IMG/VR virus record: IMGVR_UViG_3300025413_001239 | From: a virus | Lineage: Duplodnaviria > Caudoviricetes | Direction: 5' to 3' (one strand) | Length of the DNA stretch: 64,000 nt | In this document: positions 28,159 to 36,703 of the stretch, one piece after another | Position numbering within the stretch: the first letter of the stretch is position 1 | Layout: every line of letters begins with the position of its first letter | Notes under the pieces: model-generated | The model's input: only the letters and a program-made list of their open reading frames with translations | Database searches by the model: none | What the model was told of the DNA's origin: nothing | Program-made: the position numbers and the translations under genes

Positions 28159-29181
28159 ATGGGCGGTAGGGCATTAAAAGGTGGTACTTTTACTAGAAGG
28201 TATGAAAGACAAGAGTTCGATGATATAAGTAAGGAATTAACAGAAAGACTTAAGTTAACTTTCAAGCGTGTTGATGTTCCATTGTTTTATAAAAACAAGG
28301 GAACATTTGGTGATGCTGATATTCTTGTTTCATTAGATGGGTTAGAAAATGGGTTTAATATGCGTGAATTTATAGTAAATGAATTTAAACCTAATGAAAT
28401 ATTTCATAACGGTAATTGTTGGTCCTTTGACTATAAGGAGCTACAGGTAGATATAATCACAGTTTCTGTTGAACATTATGACTCAACGTTCAACTATTTA
28501 TCATACAATGACCTGGGAAATTTAATTGGGAGACTAGCGCATGGATTTGGGTTGAAATATGGCCAGACTGGTTTATTTTATGAACATGAATTTAAGGGTA
28601 GTAATATTGGTACTATTATGGTATCTAAGAATTATCCTGAAATATTCAAATTTCTTGGTCTGTCATATGACAAATTTGTTGATGGTTTTGAGTCACTTGA
28701 GGAAATCTTCATTTATATTGCTGAATCACCATACTTCAATTGGAAAAAGTATCAGTTTGAAGAACTTAACAAGATTAACCGTGACCGTAACAAGAAAAGA
28801 GCTTCTTACACAGCCTTCTTAGAATGGGTTGATTTACATGCCGCTGATGAAAATCACGAGTATAAGTTTGCTGAGGATAAATCAACATACTTCAATATGA
28901 TTAACGATGCGTTCCCAGAAGCGGACATCGTAACACAAGTTAGAAGACTTGAATACTTAGAGTGCAGAAAGCTTTATGTTCAATCTAAATTTAACGGTGG
29001 TGATGTAATGAGAAAGTATGGCCTTGAAGGTAAGAAATTGGGTGATGCGTTAAGTGGTTTTAAAAACTATATAACCGCTGAGTATGATTCATATAATGAT
29101 TATATTATACATACCGATGCTTTCGATATTTATATGGAATTTGAAGGGTATTTGAGTAAACATGAATTGGAAGTTAGATGA
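28159..29181 (+). CDS. nucleotidyltransferase-fold protein
   Basis: FGDADILV (G-D-x-D) and QVDII motifs. Confidence 0.55.
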   Translation: MGGRALKGGTFTRRYERQEFDDISKELTERLKLTFKRVDVPLFYKNKGTFGDADILVSLDGLENGFNMREFIVNEFKPNEIFHNGNCWSFDYKELQVDIITVSVEHYDSTFNYLSYNDLGNLIGRLAHGFGLKYGQTGLFYEHEFKGSNIGTIMVSKNYPEIFKFLGLSYDKFVDGFESLEEIFIYIAESPYFNWKKYQFEELNKINRDRNKKRASYTAFLEWVDLHAADENHEYKFAEDKSTYFNMINDAFPEADIVTQVRRLEYLECRKLYVQSKFNGGDVMRKYGLEGKKLGDALSGFKNYITAEYDSYNDYIIHTDAFDIYMEFEGYLSKHELEVR

Positions 29182-29432
29182 GAATAATATATATAGATAA
29201 ATCGTTACAATGTGATACAACACATGATAATATTCAATTAATTGATGGTAAAATATATCATTGGTGTGTTAAAACAGAAATGTTAAAACATAATGAAACA
29301 TTGCAGTTATTCTTAAAACGAAAAACAGCTTATGTGAATTTAAAAAAACCAGAAATTAATACTATATTAATTTATGATGTGGTACCAATTGAATCAGCCT
29401 TAATGGTAAGGTATGCTTTAATTACTACTTAA
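29178..29432 (+). CDS. hypothetical protein
   Basis: 84 aa coupled ORF. Confidence 0.55.
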   Translation: MRIIYIDKSLQCDTTHDNIQLIDGKIYHWCVKTEMLKHNETLQLFLKRKTAYVNLKKPEINTILIYDVVPIESALMVRYALITT

Positions 29433-29751
29433 AAAATGGGTTATCTCGCAATAAGAGTTCGATGGTTTCATCGAGCTTTTTGCATGTTTGTTGGAACCCA
29501 ATTACTTCTTCATCACTTAACCTAAAGAATTCATTCTTTGCAAGCGTTTGTTTATAGTTGTATTTTGCGTGAAGCATTGCTTCAACTTTCTTATAGTTTT
29601 TAGATTCATAAGTATTAAGAATTGAAAGCTTATTCGAATTTCCAGTTTGCAAATTCTTAAGTCTTTGTTCTGCTGGATTCTTTGAAACACCAATCTTATG
29701 CGCTTCATCGCCATTCTTGTCCACCTCTAATATCAAGTATACATAACCCAT
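29425..29751 (-). CDS. T5orf172/MUG113-family GIY-YIG protein
   Basis: GYVYLI...KIGVS..PAEQRLKNLQTGN...E..LH...EFF. Confidence 0.8.
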   Translation of the reverse strand: MGYVYLILEVDKNGDEAHKIGVSKNPAEQRLKNLQTGNSNKLSILNTYESKNYKKVEAMLHAKYNYKQTLAKNEFFRLSDEEVIGFQQTCKKLDETIELLLRDNPFFK

Positions 29752-29796
29752 ACCAAATAATATGGATTTATGTTTAAATTGTAAATATTTATTGGT

Positions 29797-30384
29797 ATGA
29801 GAAAATTAATAAAAAAACTCTTAAGGGAAAATTTGTATGAAGCTATCACACAAAAACCAATGTTTGCTAGAGGTGTTGAACATCAAATTTATTTATCAAA
29901 GTCAGACCCAAATATAGTCTTTAAAGTTGGATACCCTAAATCTGTTGATAGATTCGTATCGGTGTTTACATCTAATCCTGAGTATTTTCCAAAAATTTTT
30001 AAAGTTGGTAATTTAACATGGCAGGGTAAACCATTTAAATATGCTAAAATTGAAAGACTAAATACTGAAAGAGTCATTAGTGAGTGGAATTATATTACTG
30101 GTAAATTAGATGAAGTTGGTATATTAGATACTGACTCAAATTTATTAGAAGATGTTAGCGATATTTTTAAATCGGCCATAACTGAAGATTCAGAATATGA
30201 AACGTATATTACATCTAAACTACAACAGCATGATAAAAAAGCCTACAAGTTATTCATAGATTGGCTTAATTTTTTACATCATGTAAATTCGATAGTTGAA
30301 CCAGTAAAACATAAAATTCTTGATATTCATAAGTATAATTTTGGTTATGATTCCAGTGGTAAAATGAAGTGTTTAGACATATAA
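29797..30384 (+). CDS. atypical kinase-like protein
   Basis: G.EHQIY, VFKV, DIHKYNFG, CLDI motifs. Confidence 0.55.
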   Translation: MRKLIKKLLRENLYEAITQKPMFARGVEHQIYLSKSDPNIVFKVGYPKSVDRFVSVFTSNPEYFPKIFKVGNLTWQGKPFKYAKIERLNTERVISEWNYITGKLDEVGILDTDSNLLEDVSDIFKSAITEDSEYETYITSKLQQHDKKAYKLFIDWLNFLHHVNSIVEPVKHKILDIHKYNFGYDSSGKMKCLDI

Positions 30385-30398
30385 AAAAATATTTTTAA

Positions 30399-30450
30399 AA
30401 AAAAACTTGACAATTCAAAAACTTTTCGTATATTTGCAGTATATTTATTA
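30399..30450 (+). promoter_or_regulatory. conserved promoter of tRNA operon 2
   Basis: TTGACA (30407)...TATATTTG (30429), then ATATTTATT. Confidence 0.85.
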
Positions 30451-30473
30451 AAAGAGATTAAAAGATAACAAAA

Positions 30474-30554
30474 ATGAGAAATTTAAACAACATATTGGTC
30501 CTTGTGTTATGTGTGCTAGTGTTAACTAGTTCTACTGGGTATTCCATGTTTTAA
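30474..30554 (+). CDS. leader peptide 2, MRNLNNILVLVLCVLVLTSSTGYSMF
   Basis: 26 aa ORF between promoter and terminator; six Leu (TTA, TTG, CTT, CTA) and a Cys. Confidence 0.8.
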   Translation: MRNLNNILVLVLCVLVLTSSTGYSMF

Positions 30555-30578
30555 ATTTAACATTTAAAAATAATTGAG

Positions 30579-30609
30579 AAGCTCAGTCCGAAAGAACTGA
30601 GCTTTTTTT
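30579..30609 (+). terminator. attenuator terminator, tRNA operon 2
   Basis: AAGCTCAGT/ACTGAGCTT stem plus T7, 3 nt before tRNA-Cys. Confidence 0.9.
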
Positions 30610-30611
30610 AT

Positions 30612-30683
30612 GTGCCTTTGTCCGAGCGGTTTAGGTAGAGTTCTGCAAAAGCTCTTACGGCGGTTCAAATCCGTCAAGGCACT
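30612..30683 (+). tRNA. tRNA-Cys(GCA)
   Basis: GTGCCTT/AAGGCAC; GAGTT-CTGCAAA-AGCTC. Confidence 0.9.
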
Positions 30684-30910
30684 CTTTAAAATTAAAAACA
30701 ATGGAAAAAAAATGACATCAAAAAAGCATTGTATAAGGAAAAGCCATTAGCCACCTTATCACATTATGAAGAAGGATGGAATTGGCATAACCGAAACCTA
30801 CCCAACCATAAGTGGAGAGAGTATAAGAGTTGGAAGTATAATAGAAAAACTAAGTGGAAATGAAAAAGAGATTTGATGCCTTGTAACACTCTAATGTGTA
30901 ACAATGCAAA

Positions 30911-31180
30911 ATGAAAAAAATGAACAAGAAGCTGTATGATAGAACAGTTGACAACAAAACGTACAAGTTATGCCATTATCAACAAGAAAATATTTGTTGT
31001 TTAAGATGTGCGAAAAGAAGAAGAAGAAATTATTTTTATTATGACTATGACGGTGGGAAACATTGTTATCCAAGTTGGAAATTAGTAAGTAAAAATAAGA
31101 AGCAATGGATGCCAAAAAAACTTAAGATTGAGGAAGAAAAACCCAATCGTTGGTATAGTAGAGGTGACATTACTTGGTAA
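30911..31180 (+). CDS. small basic Cys/Trp-rich protein in tRNA operon 2
   Basis: CLRC and SWKLVSKNKKQW pattern. Confidence 0.6.
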   Translation: MKKMNKKLYDRTVDNKTYKLCHYQQENICCLRCAKRRRRNYFYYDYDGGKHCYPSWKLVSKNKKQWMPKKLKIEEEKPNRWYSRGDITW

Positions 31181-31276
31181 TTGCGACATCAAGACATATT
31201 AAAGTGTCGTGATAGGTTTAAAAGTTACAAATTGTTGCAATAATTGCGACATTTCACCAGATAAATGGTGAAATAT

Positions 31277-31361
31277 GGGGGTGTGGTGGAATGGTAGACA
31301 CGCAGGTCTTAAAAACCTGTGGACCGTAAGGTCCGTGTGAGTTCGACTCTCATTGCCCCTA
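31277..31361 (+). tRNA. tRNA-Leu(TAA)
   Basis: CAGGT-CTTAAAA-ACCTG; type II. Confidence 0.9.
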
Positions 31362-31366
31362 CACAA

Positions 31367-31475
31367 CTGTGTTTCTGATAGGGTTGCTCAGTAGGAGCTC
31401 CAGTAAACCTTATCCGTTGATGAATAGTGGTCATGACATGAGTTCATTTTTCTGGTACGACAATCCAGAATACGG
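31367..31475 (+). ncRNA. cloverleaf-like RNA of unknown identity
   Basis: Closing CTGTGTT/AATACGG; GATAGGGTT/AACCTTATC arm; TCAT-GAC-ATGA hairpin; CTGG-tacgacaat-CCAG T-arm-like. Confidence 0.4.
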
Positions 31476-31561
31476 CCCTATGAGCAAATTGGTAAAGCTT
31501 GCGGTCTAAGAAACCGTGGAAAACATTAGAAACGTTCTCAGTTCAAATCTGAGTAGGGCTA
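31474..31561 (+). tRNA. tRNA-Leu(AAG)
   Basis: GGCCCTA/TAGGGCT; GCGGT-CTAAGAA-ACCGT; type II. Confidence 0.85.
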
Positions 31562-31563
31562 CT

Positions 31564-31785
31564 ATGAGTTTTAATTTTGATGAAAAGAAAATTGGTGATA
31601 TAGTTCAGATGACGGATTATTTTATAAGTATAAATCCTAGTGAACATATTCAGGAATTTAAAGATTGTGAAGGCGAAGTTATTGGTTATAGTGATGAAGG
31701 TTATACTGATTACTTAGATGTTAGATGGCAACCTAGTGGGTTAAGATATGGTTATCATTGGGTACATTTAAAACTAGTCCAATAA
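31564..31785 (+). CDS. hypothetical protein
   Basis: ATG just after tRNA-Leu(AAG). Confidence 0.65.
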   Translation: MSFNFDEKKIGDIVQMTDYFISINPSEHIQEFKDCEGEVIGYSDEGYTDYLDVRWQPSGLRYGYHWVHLKLVQ

Positions 31786-31958
31786 TGGCTAAAAAAGTAT
31801 CAAAAGAAGTTCAGATTAAACATTCTGAGGATTATGTTGAATTTCTAATTAAGCGGTTAAATTCTAACAACTATAAGTTAGCAGCAACTAAGGAAGAGTA
31901 TGCGGCAACTAAAGCTAAATTAGATAAAGAGCGATTGATACTTAAGTTGTTAAAATAA
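31785..31958 (+). CDS. hypothetical protein
   Basis: MAKKVSKE..., coupled to the previous stop. Confidence 0.65.
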   Translation: MAKKVSKEVQIKHSEDYVEFLIKRLNSNNYKLAATKEEYAATKAKLDKERLILKLLK

Positions 31959-31959
31959 T

Positions 31960-32041
31960 GGGGGTATGCTGGAAATGGTATACAGCTACGGTTTAGACCC
32001 GTAGGTCAAAAGATTTGCAAGTTCGAACCTTGTTACCCTCA
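31960..32041 (+). tRNA. tRNA-Leu(TAG)
   Basis: CTACGG-TTTAGAC-CCGTAG; type II. Confidence 0.9.
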
Positions 32042-32043
32042 CA

Positions 32044-32127
32044 AAGATGATTTCAGCAAATAAATAGGATAAAAATTTACACTTAAAATGCAAATCGAAA
32101 GGGTTCAAATCCCTAAAAATCATCTTG
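32044..32127 (+). ncRNA. CAGCAA-family RNA, copy D (anticodon-like and T arms)
   Basis: AAGATGA-ttt-CAGCAA ... CTTAAAA loop ... AGGG-TTCAAAT-CCCT ... TCATCTT-G. Confidence 0.65.
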
Positions 32128-32199
32128 TTTTTTATTAACATATTAAATAATAGTAGAGTTTATATTTACATTTTCATAAACTCTACTATATTTATTAAT

Positions 32200-32868
32200 A
32201 TGAGAAAAGATATTATAGAAAAAGAAAATGATGTTTTACAAATGATTGCAAATAATGACCCTAAAGCAATGATTTGTAGGTTTTTAAATTGTAGACCAGA
32301 GGTTCTTGAAAAATATTTAAAATTAAAGGGTATTAAATATAGTGGTAATCGTAGAATGGTTGGTCGGAGAAATCATCCGCATAAAAAATCTGTGGATGAA
32401 TATTTGGCTCAAGATAGGATATCAATACATAAATTAAGAATTAAACTTATAGAAGAGGGTATTAAAAAAAATGAGTGTGAAAATTGTAAATTAACTGAAT
32501 GGTGTGGAAGTAAAATTCCTTTAGAGTTGCATCATATAGATGGAAATAAATTAAATAACGATTTAAATAACCTACAAATCTTATGTCCAAATTGCCATGC
32601 GTTAACACCAAATCACGCTGGAAAAAAGAATAAAAAGAAATTTGAAGATAAAGCTATCCATAAAAGAATAAAACTTTGTAAATGCGGCAAGACAATAAAA
32701 AAAACTAGTAATGAATGTCTTAGTTGTTATCATGAAAAACAACGTAAGATTAAAAATGCTAATTTAACGGAATTAATAGATAGTGTTAATAAAATTGGTT
32801 ATTTAGCGACTGGTAGAAAATATGGTGTTAGTGATAACACAATTAGAAAATATATAAACAAAAAATAA
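32200..32868 (+). mobile_element. HNH homing endonuclease with C-terminal HTH
   Basis: CENC..PLELHHIDG...NLQILCPNCHA. Confidence 0.85.
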
Positions 32869-33669
32869 ATGTTTTACGTTATTCAAGAGAATGTCTTTAG
32901 GGAAGAACATTATGATATGTTAATTGATTTAATCAAACGACATAAGTTTGAATATGATATAGTTAAATATCGACCATTTTTAAATGAGATAGTTGCACTT
33001 CCAGTTGAAAATGATGGTGAACAACAAGAAGACGTTATTTATAAAACAGACCGTAAAAATGTTTTTTGTTTCGGTGCTGTTTCAATGGCCAAAGCTGCCA
33101 CAAAGTATGGTTGGAACCCTGGTTCAATGATGAATAAAAACCATGACTATGAAGTATATGGAAAAGCATTTGGATTTGAAAACATGTTAAATGGCGAGGG
33201 TCATGTTATCAATTTTATTGATAAAATACCTATTGATAACTTTTTATTCTTCGCAAGACCAACAAGAGATACGAAGGTTTTTTCAGGACAAATATTTACA
33301 CAAGATTCTTGGAAAGAATACGTTGCTGCTGTTAGACATATCAGTGATGAAACAAAAATTCTTATTTCTCCCTTAAAACAGATTCAACAAGAAGTTAGAT
33401 GCTGGGTTATTGGTGGTAAGATAGTAACTGCAAGTTCATATAAGATAGGTACTCGTGTAGTTTATACCAACTATGATGATGAAACATTCTTTACAGACTT
33501 CGCACAAAAGATGATTGATGTATATCAACCAGCCGAAGCATTCGTTATTGATATTGCCTTGGCTAACGACAAATTGAGTGTCATTGAAATTAATAATATC
33601 AATTCAGCTGGATTTTATGATTGTAATATGGTAAAACTCATAACAGCGTTAGAAAATCATTTTAATTAA
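32869..33669 (+). CDS. ATP-grasp domain protein (DUF4343/R2K-like)
   Basis: FARP..DTKVFSG, EVRCWVI, FVIDIA, VIEINNINSAGFY. Confidence 0.75.
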   Translation: MFYVIQENVFREEHYDMLIDLIKRHKFEYDIVKYRPFLNEIVALPVENDGEQQEDVIYKTDRKNVFCFGAVSMAKAATKYGWNPGSMMNKNHDYEVYGKAFGFENMLNGEGHVINFIDKIPIDNFLFFARPTRDTKVFSGQIFTQDSWKEYVAAVRHISDETKILISPLKQIQQEVRCWVIGGKIVTASSYKIGTRVVYTNYDDETFFTDFAQKMIDVYQPAEAFVIDIALANDKLSVIEINNINSAGFYDCNMVKLITALENHFN

Positions 33670-33692
33670 GCTACTTTCGGGTAGCTTTTTTA
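33668..33692 (+). terminator. intrinsic terminator
   Basis: AAGCTAC-TTTCGG-GTAGCTTTTTT. Confidence 0.85.
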
Positions 33693-33724
33693 TTTTATAG
33701 AAATATTTATATAAAAGTCGTTTA

Positions 33725-36043
33725 ATGAAATTATATAAATTATATTCCCAATTACTTAACGAGGATTTTAAATCACAAACTGTTAATTTTATCAGACAAG
33801 GATTTGAACCAGATATTGTTAAGTCATACATTGATAAATTCAAACACATACGAGATAATAAATACAAAGAAATCTTTGATGAAAATTTAAAAGTATCTGT
33901 ACCTTCAAAAGAAAGGTTAAATATTGATGCTTATAAAAATTTCCATGATTTGGAGGTTGTTGTTGATTATGTATCTGGTAAAAGAGCCGTCAATACCAAT
34001 ATGACAAAAGGCGGTAAAGAAAATATTGAAGTTGATGGAACCCCAATTTATGATGATAAAAATTATGAAGTTTATTATGCTGATACACCTAGAGCTTGTA
34101 TAAAGTATAAGGGTAAATTTCCGTATTCTTGGTGTGTTGCTAGGTCGGATTCAGCGAATATGTTTTACACTTATCGTTTTAAACCCTACGAACCAGCTTT
34201 TTATTTCATTAAGAATAAAAAGGAAACTGATAAGGAATTTAGTCTTTGGAACATGGGTAAGAATGTGTTTCAAGGTAAATTTAGTAACCCTTATCACTTT
34301 TTTGTTATTCAAGTTCCAAAAAATGCAAATATTGATGATAACAAAACACAACAGTATATTGTAACATCAGCAAATAATGATGGTGATAAACAAATGAGTT
34401 GGGATGAAATTATTGCTATAAATCCTAATTTAAATTCAATTAAAGAAGTCTTAGTACCTAAACCACTCAGTGAAGGTGAAAGAAAGAAAATTGAAAGATT
34501 TAAAAATGGTATTAATGATAAGGAATTTGCTAAGTTAACCTATGAAGAAAAAAGAGATTATCTGGATATATACCCAACAATTGGTAGACCAATAACATCA
34601 AAACAATTAAAGGAGTTACCAGATGACCTACTAAATTTATATGTTTCTTTTGGTATTGGTTTAGATGATGAAGGTTTTGAATTTATAAAACCTAAAAAAG
34701 ACATTCTTAAAAGATATGCTCAAATAAGCAAAAGAAAACTTGAAGAATACTTAAAAACAGACAATTATCAGAGAAAACAACTTAAGATGATGTATAGTGA
34801 GTTAATTGTTTTATCCGATGAAGACATTAAGAGTTATTTGGAAAGTTTAAAACCTTATGAGATAAAACAATTTATACGTTTAAATGGTGAAGATAAATTT
34901 GAATTATTAGAAAAGCATTTACCTGATAAATTTGGTGCTCAGTTTCAATCTAATAAACAGCTTATTTTAATGGCCCAGTCTGGTGATGAAGAAGCATTAA
35001 ACAAATTAGCTTCATTAATACCAGAAGATATCGAATTTGATTTTTATGGTAAGTACATAGTATTTGAATTTGACAATACTGATAGTGAAAAGTTAAAAAG
35101 AGAATTAGATAACGATACATTGGATTTTTATAGTAGACTAGATTATAACGAATGGAATAGCAGTTATAATAATGATTATTATTTTGATGATGAATCTTCC
35201 CTAAATGATACTTACGATTTTCATATTGAATCGGTGTTAAAAGATGATGAAACACTAAGAGATGATTTACTTAGAATTGGAATCCAACCAGATTTAGAGT
35301 CTGTTAAGGATTTATTAGTAACATATAAAAAAGATTCATCAATTAAAGAATACATGGAAGAAAAGTATTCAGAAGGTAGAGATAATGCTCAAGAAAAAAC
35401 ATGGGAAAAACTTAGGGATGGTATAAAATCAATAGCTTATATTGATGATTATCGTAATTATAGTGTTTATATTAATGTTGCTTCTTTTGTATTTTACTTG
35501 AACGATAATGAATTTTTAACATCGGATATTGATAATTTTATTACAAAAATGGCATATTTACTTGAAAATATAATGGAGGATAACGACCAAATTAGTTATG
35601 TTGAAAGCATGTATGATGAGGTAAATGAAGGTGGTTATGATTTTACCGTTGGTAATGAAGTAAATGAAAGAGTTAAAAGTGAGATTCAAGATGCCATATA
35701 TGAATTTACATCTCAAGATGATGAAGATGAAACAGATTATGCGAATAATTTAGATTCATCAAAAATTCATAAACTTAAAGGTGAGGTTATTAAATTATTA
35801 AATGATACACTTCGTAATCTAGGTCAATCAGAAACTGCGTCAACAATTGAAAATGACATTGTAAGAATTGATATTGATAGACAAAGATTCCATTTAGATG
35901 GTAAAGTATTTGTTAGTATAACTGACAAACAAAATAATAAAAAACATGATGGTTATGTTTATATAAAAGACTTACCAACTTACTTTAAAAATTATAAATT
36001 GTTTGAAACAATACAAAGAATAAAATCAATAATTAAGTATTAA
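33725..36043 (+). CDS. large hypothetical protein (772 aa), possible virion-packaged protein
   Basis: N-terminal ...LLNE motif, ATATTTAT upstream, YSWC motif, acidic C-half. Confidence 0.8.
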   Translation: MKLYKLYSQLLNEDFKSQTVNFIRQGFEPDIVKSYIDKFKHIRDNKYKEIFDENLKVSVPSKERLNIDAYKNFHDLEVVVDYVSGKRAVNTNMTKGGKENIEVDGTPIYDDKNYEVYYADTPRACIKYKGKFPYSWCVARSDSANMFYTYRFKPYEPAFYFIKNKKETDKEFSLWNMGKNVFQGKFSNPYHFFVIQVPKNANIDDNKTQQYIVTSANNDGDKQMSWDEIIAINPNLNSIKEVLVPKPLSEGERKKIERFKNGINDKEFAKLTYEEKRDYLDIYPTIGRPITSKQLKELPDDLLNLYVSFGIGLDDEGFEFIKPKKDILKRYAQISKRKLEEYLKTDNYQRKQLKMMYSELIVLSDEDIKSYLESLKPYEIKQFIRLNGEDKFELLEKHLPDKFGAQFQSNKQLILMAQSGDEEALNKLASLIPEDIEFDFYGKYIVFEFDNTDSEKLKRELDNDTLDFYSRLDYNEWNSSYNNDYYFDDESSLNDTYDFHIESVLKDDETLRDDLLRIGIQPDLESVKDLLVTYKKDSSIKEYMEEKYSEGRDNAQEKTWEKLRDGIKSIAYIDDYRNYSVYINVASFVFYLNDNEFLTSDIDNFITKMAYLLENIMEDNDQISYVESMYDEVNEGGYDFTVGNEVNERVKSEIQDAIYEFTSQDDEDETDYANNLDSSKIHKLKGEVIKLLNDTLRNLGQSETASTIENDIVRIDIDRQRFHLDGKVFVSITDKQNNKKHDGYVYIKDLPTYFKNYKLFETIQRIKSIIKY

Positions 36044-36091
36044 AACTAGTTCTTAAAGTCACTAAAAAAAAAATTTTTTAAAAATAATTCA

Positions 36092-36142
36092 AAAAAAACT
36101 TGACAATTCAAAAACTTTTCGTATATTTGCATATATTTATTA
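36092..36142 (+). promoter_or_regulatory. conserved promoter of tRNA operon 3
   Basis: TTGACA (36100)...TATATTTG (36122), then ATATTTATT. Confidence 0.85.
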
Positions 36143-36165
36143 ACAACAAGTAACAATTAAAAGAT

Positions 36166-36264
36166 ATGAAAAAGGCATATACATATTATCAACCGAAAAC
36201 GCAAGGGGGCAAAACTCCTAATAGGCTGGGTGTATCTTTTTCTGATGAAGATGATTGTAAGTAA
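36166..36264 (+). CDS. leader peptide 3, MKKAYTYYQPKTQGGKTPNRLGVSFSDEDDCK
   Basis: 32 aa ORF between promoter and terminator; residues 5-18 are only Y/T/Q/P/G/K. Confidence 0.8.
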   Translation: MKKAYTYYQPKTQGGKTPNRLGVSFSDEDDCK

Positions 36265-36284
36265 ACAATTAGTAAGATATAAGT

Positions 36285-36321
36285 AAACCCCAGTCTGATG
36301 AAAATTCAAACTGGGGTTTTT
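36285..36321 (+). terminator. attenuator terminator, tRNA operon 3
   Basis: AAACCCCAGT/ACTGGGGTTT stem plus T tract, 7 nt before tRNA-Pro. Confidence 0.9.
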
Positions 36322-36327
36322 AATTTT

Positions 36328-36402
36328 CGGGAAGTTCCACAGATGGCTATATGGGCTTGTTTTGGAGACAAGTGTTCGCTCGTTCGAATCGAGTTTTCCC
36401 GA
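36328..36402 (+). tRNA. tRNA-Pro(TGG)
   Basis: CGGGAAG/TTTCCCG; CTTGT-TTTGGAG-ACAAG. Confidence 0.85.
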
Positions 36403-36415
36403 CACAGATTGGTTG

Positions 36416-36448
36416 GTACCGTAGACAGCAAAAATAAGGAACGGTATA
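36416..36448 (+). ncRNA. possible minimal CAGCAA-family hairpin, copy F
   Basis: GTACCGT-aga-CAGCAA ... ACGGTAT; same spacing as the other copies. Confidence 0.35.
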
Positions 36449-36451
36449 AAA

Positions 36452-36539
36452 CTAAGTGTGTAGTCAATCGAAGACGACTCCCTTTGGAGCGGAGAATAGC
36501 TGTAAAAGGCTTATGCAGGTTCGAGCCCTGTCACTTAGA
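36452..36539 (+). tRNA. tRNA-Pro(TGG)-like with Tyr-like hairpin in the variable arm
   Basis: CTAAGTG/CACTTAG; CTCC-c-TTTGGAG-c-GGAG; variable arm contains CTGTAAA; CAGG-TTCGAGC-CCTG. Confidence 0.65.
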
Positions 36540-36546
36540 CTAAAAT

Positions 36547-36618
36547 TGGGTTGTGGTGTAATGGTAACTACGTGTGGTTTTGGTCCACAAGTTTGGGGTT
36601 CGAGTCCCTACAACCCAA
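36547..36618 (+). tRNA. tRNA-Gln(TTG)
   Basis: TGGGTTG/CAACCCA; TGTGG-TTTTGGT-CCACA. Confidence 0.9.
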
Positions 36619-36703
36619 CAAAGTAAAGAAGTAATTGGGTTAGCTGTTTTCCGTGGCTGGTCTGATGAAGGTTAAGTCCTTATGATTAAATAACGGATAA
36701 ATT

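Noticed and set aside
30474-30554. Leader 2 as just a membrane micro-protein
   Set aside because: Its position, four different Leu codons matching the tRNAs and terminator complementarity fit attenuation better; not fully excluded
30701-30861. Programmed frameshift in an A8 run
   Set aside because: More simply a homopolymer indel or chimeric remnant; no stimulatory structure seen
31178-31273. 12-bp direct repeat TAATTGCGACAT x2 plus hairpin
   Set aside because: Only two copies; most simply a local duplication or processing stem
36630-36700. Hammerhead ribozyme (CTGATGA plus hairpin)
   Set aside because: No GAAA after stem II and no convincing stems I/III; possibly a decayed tRNA
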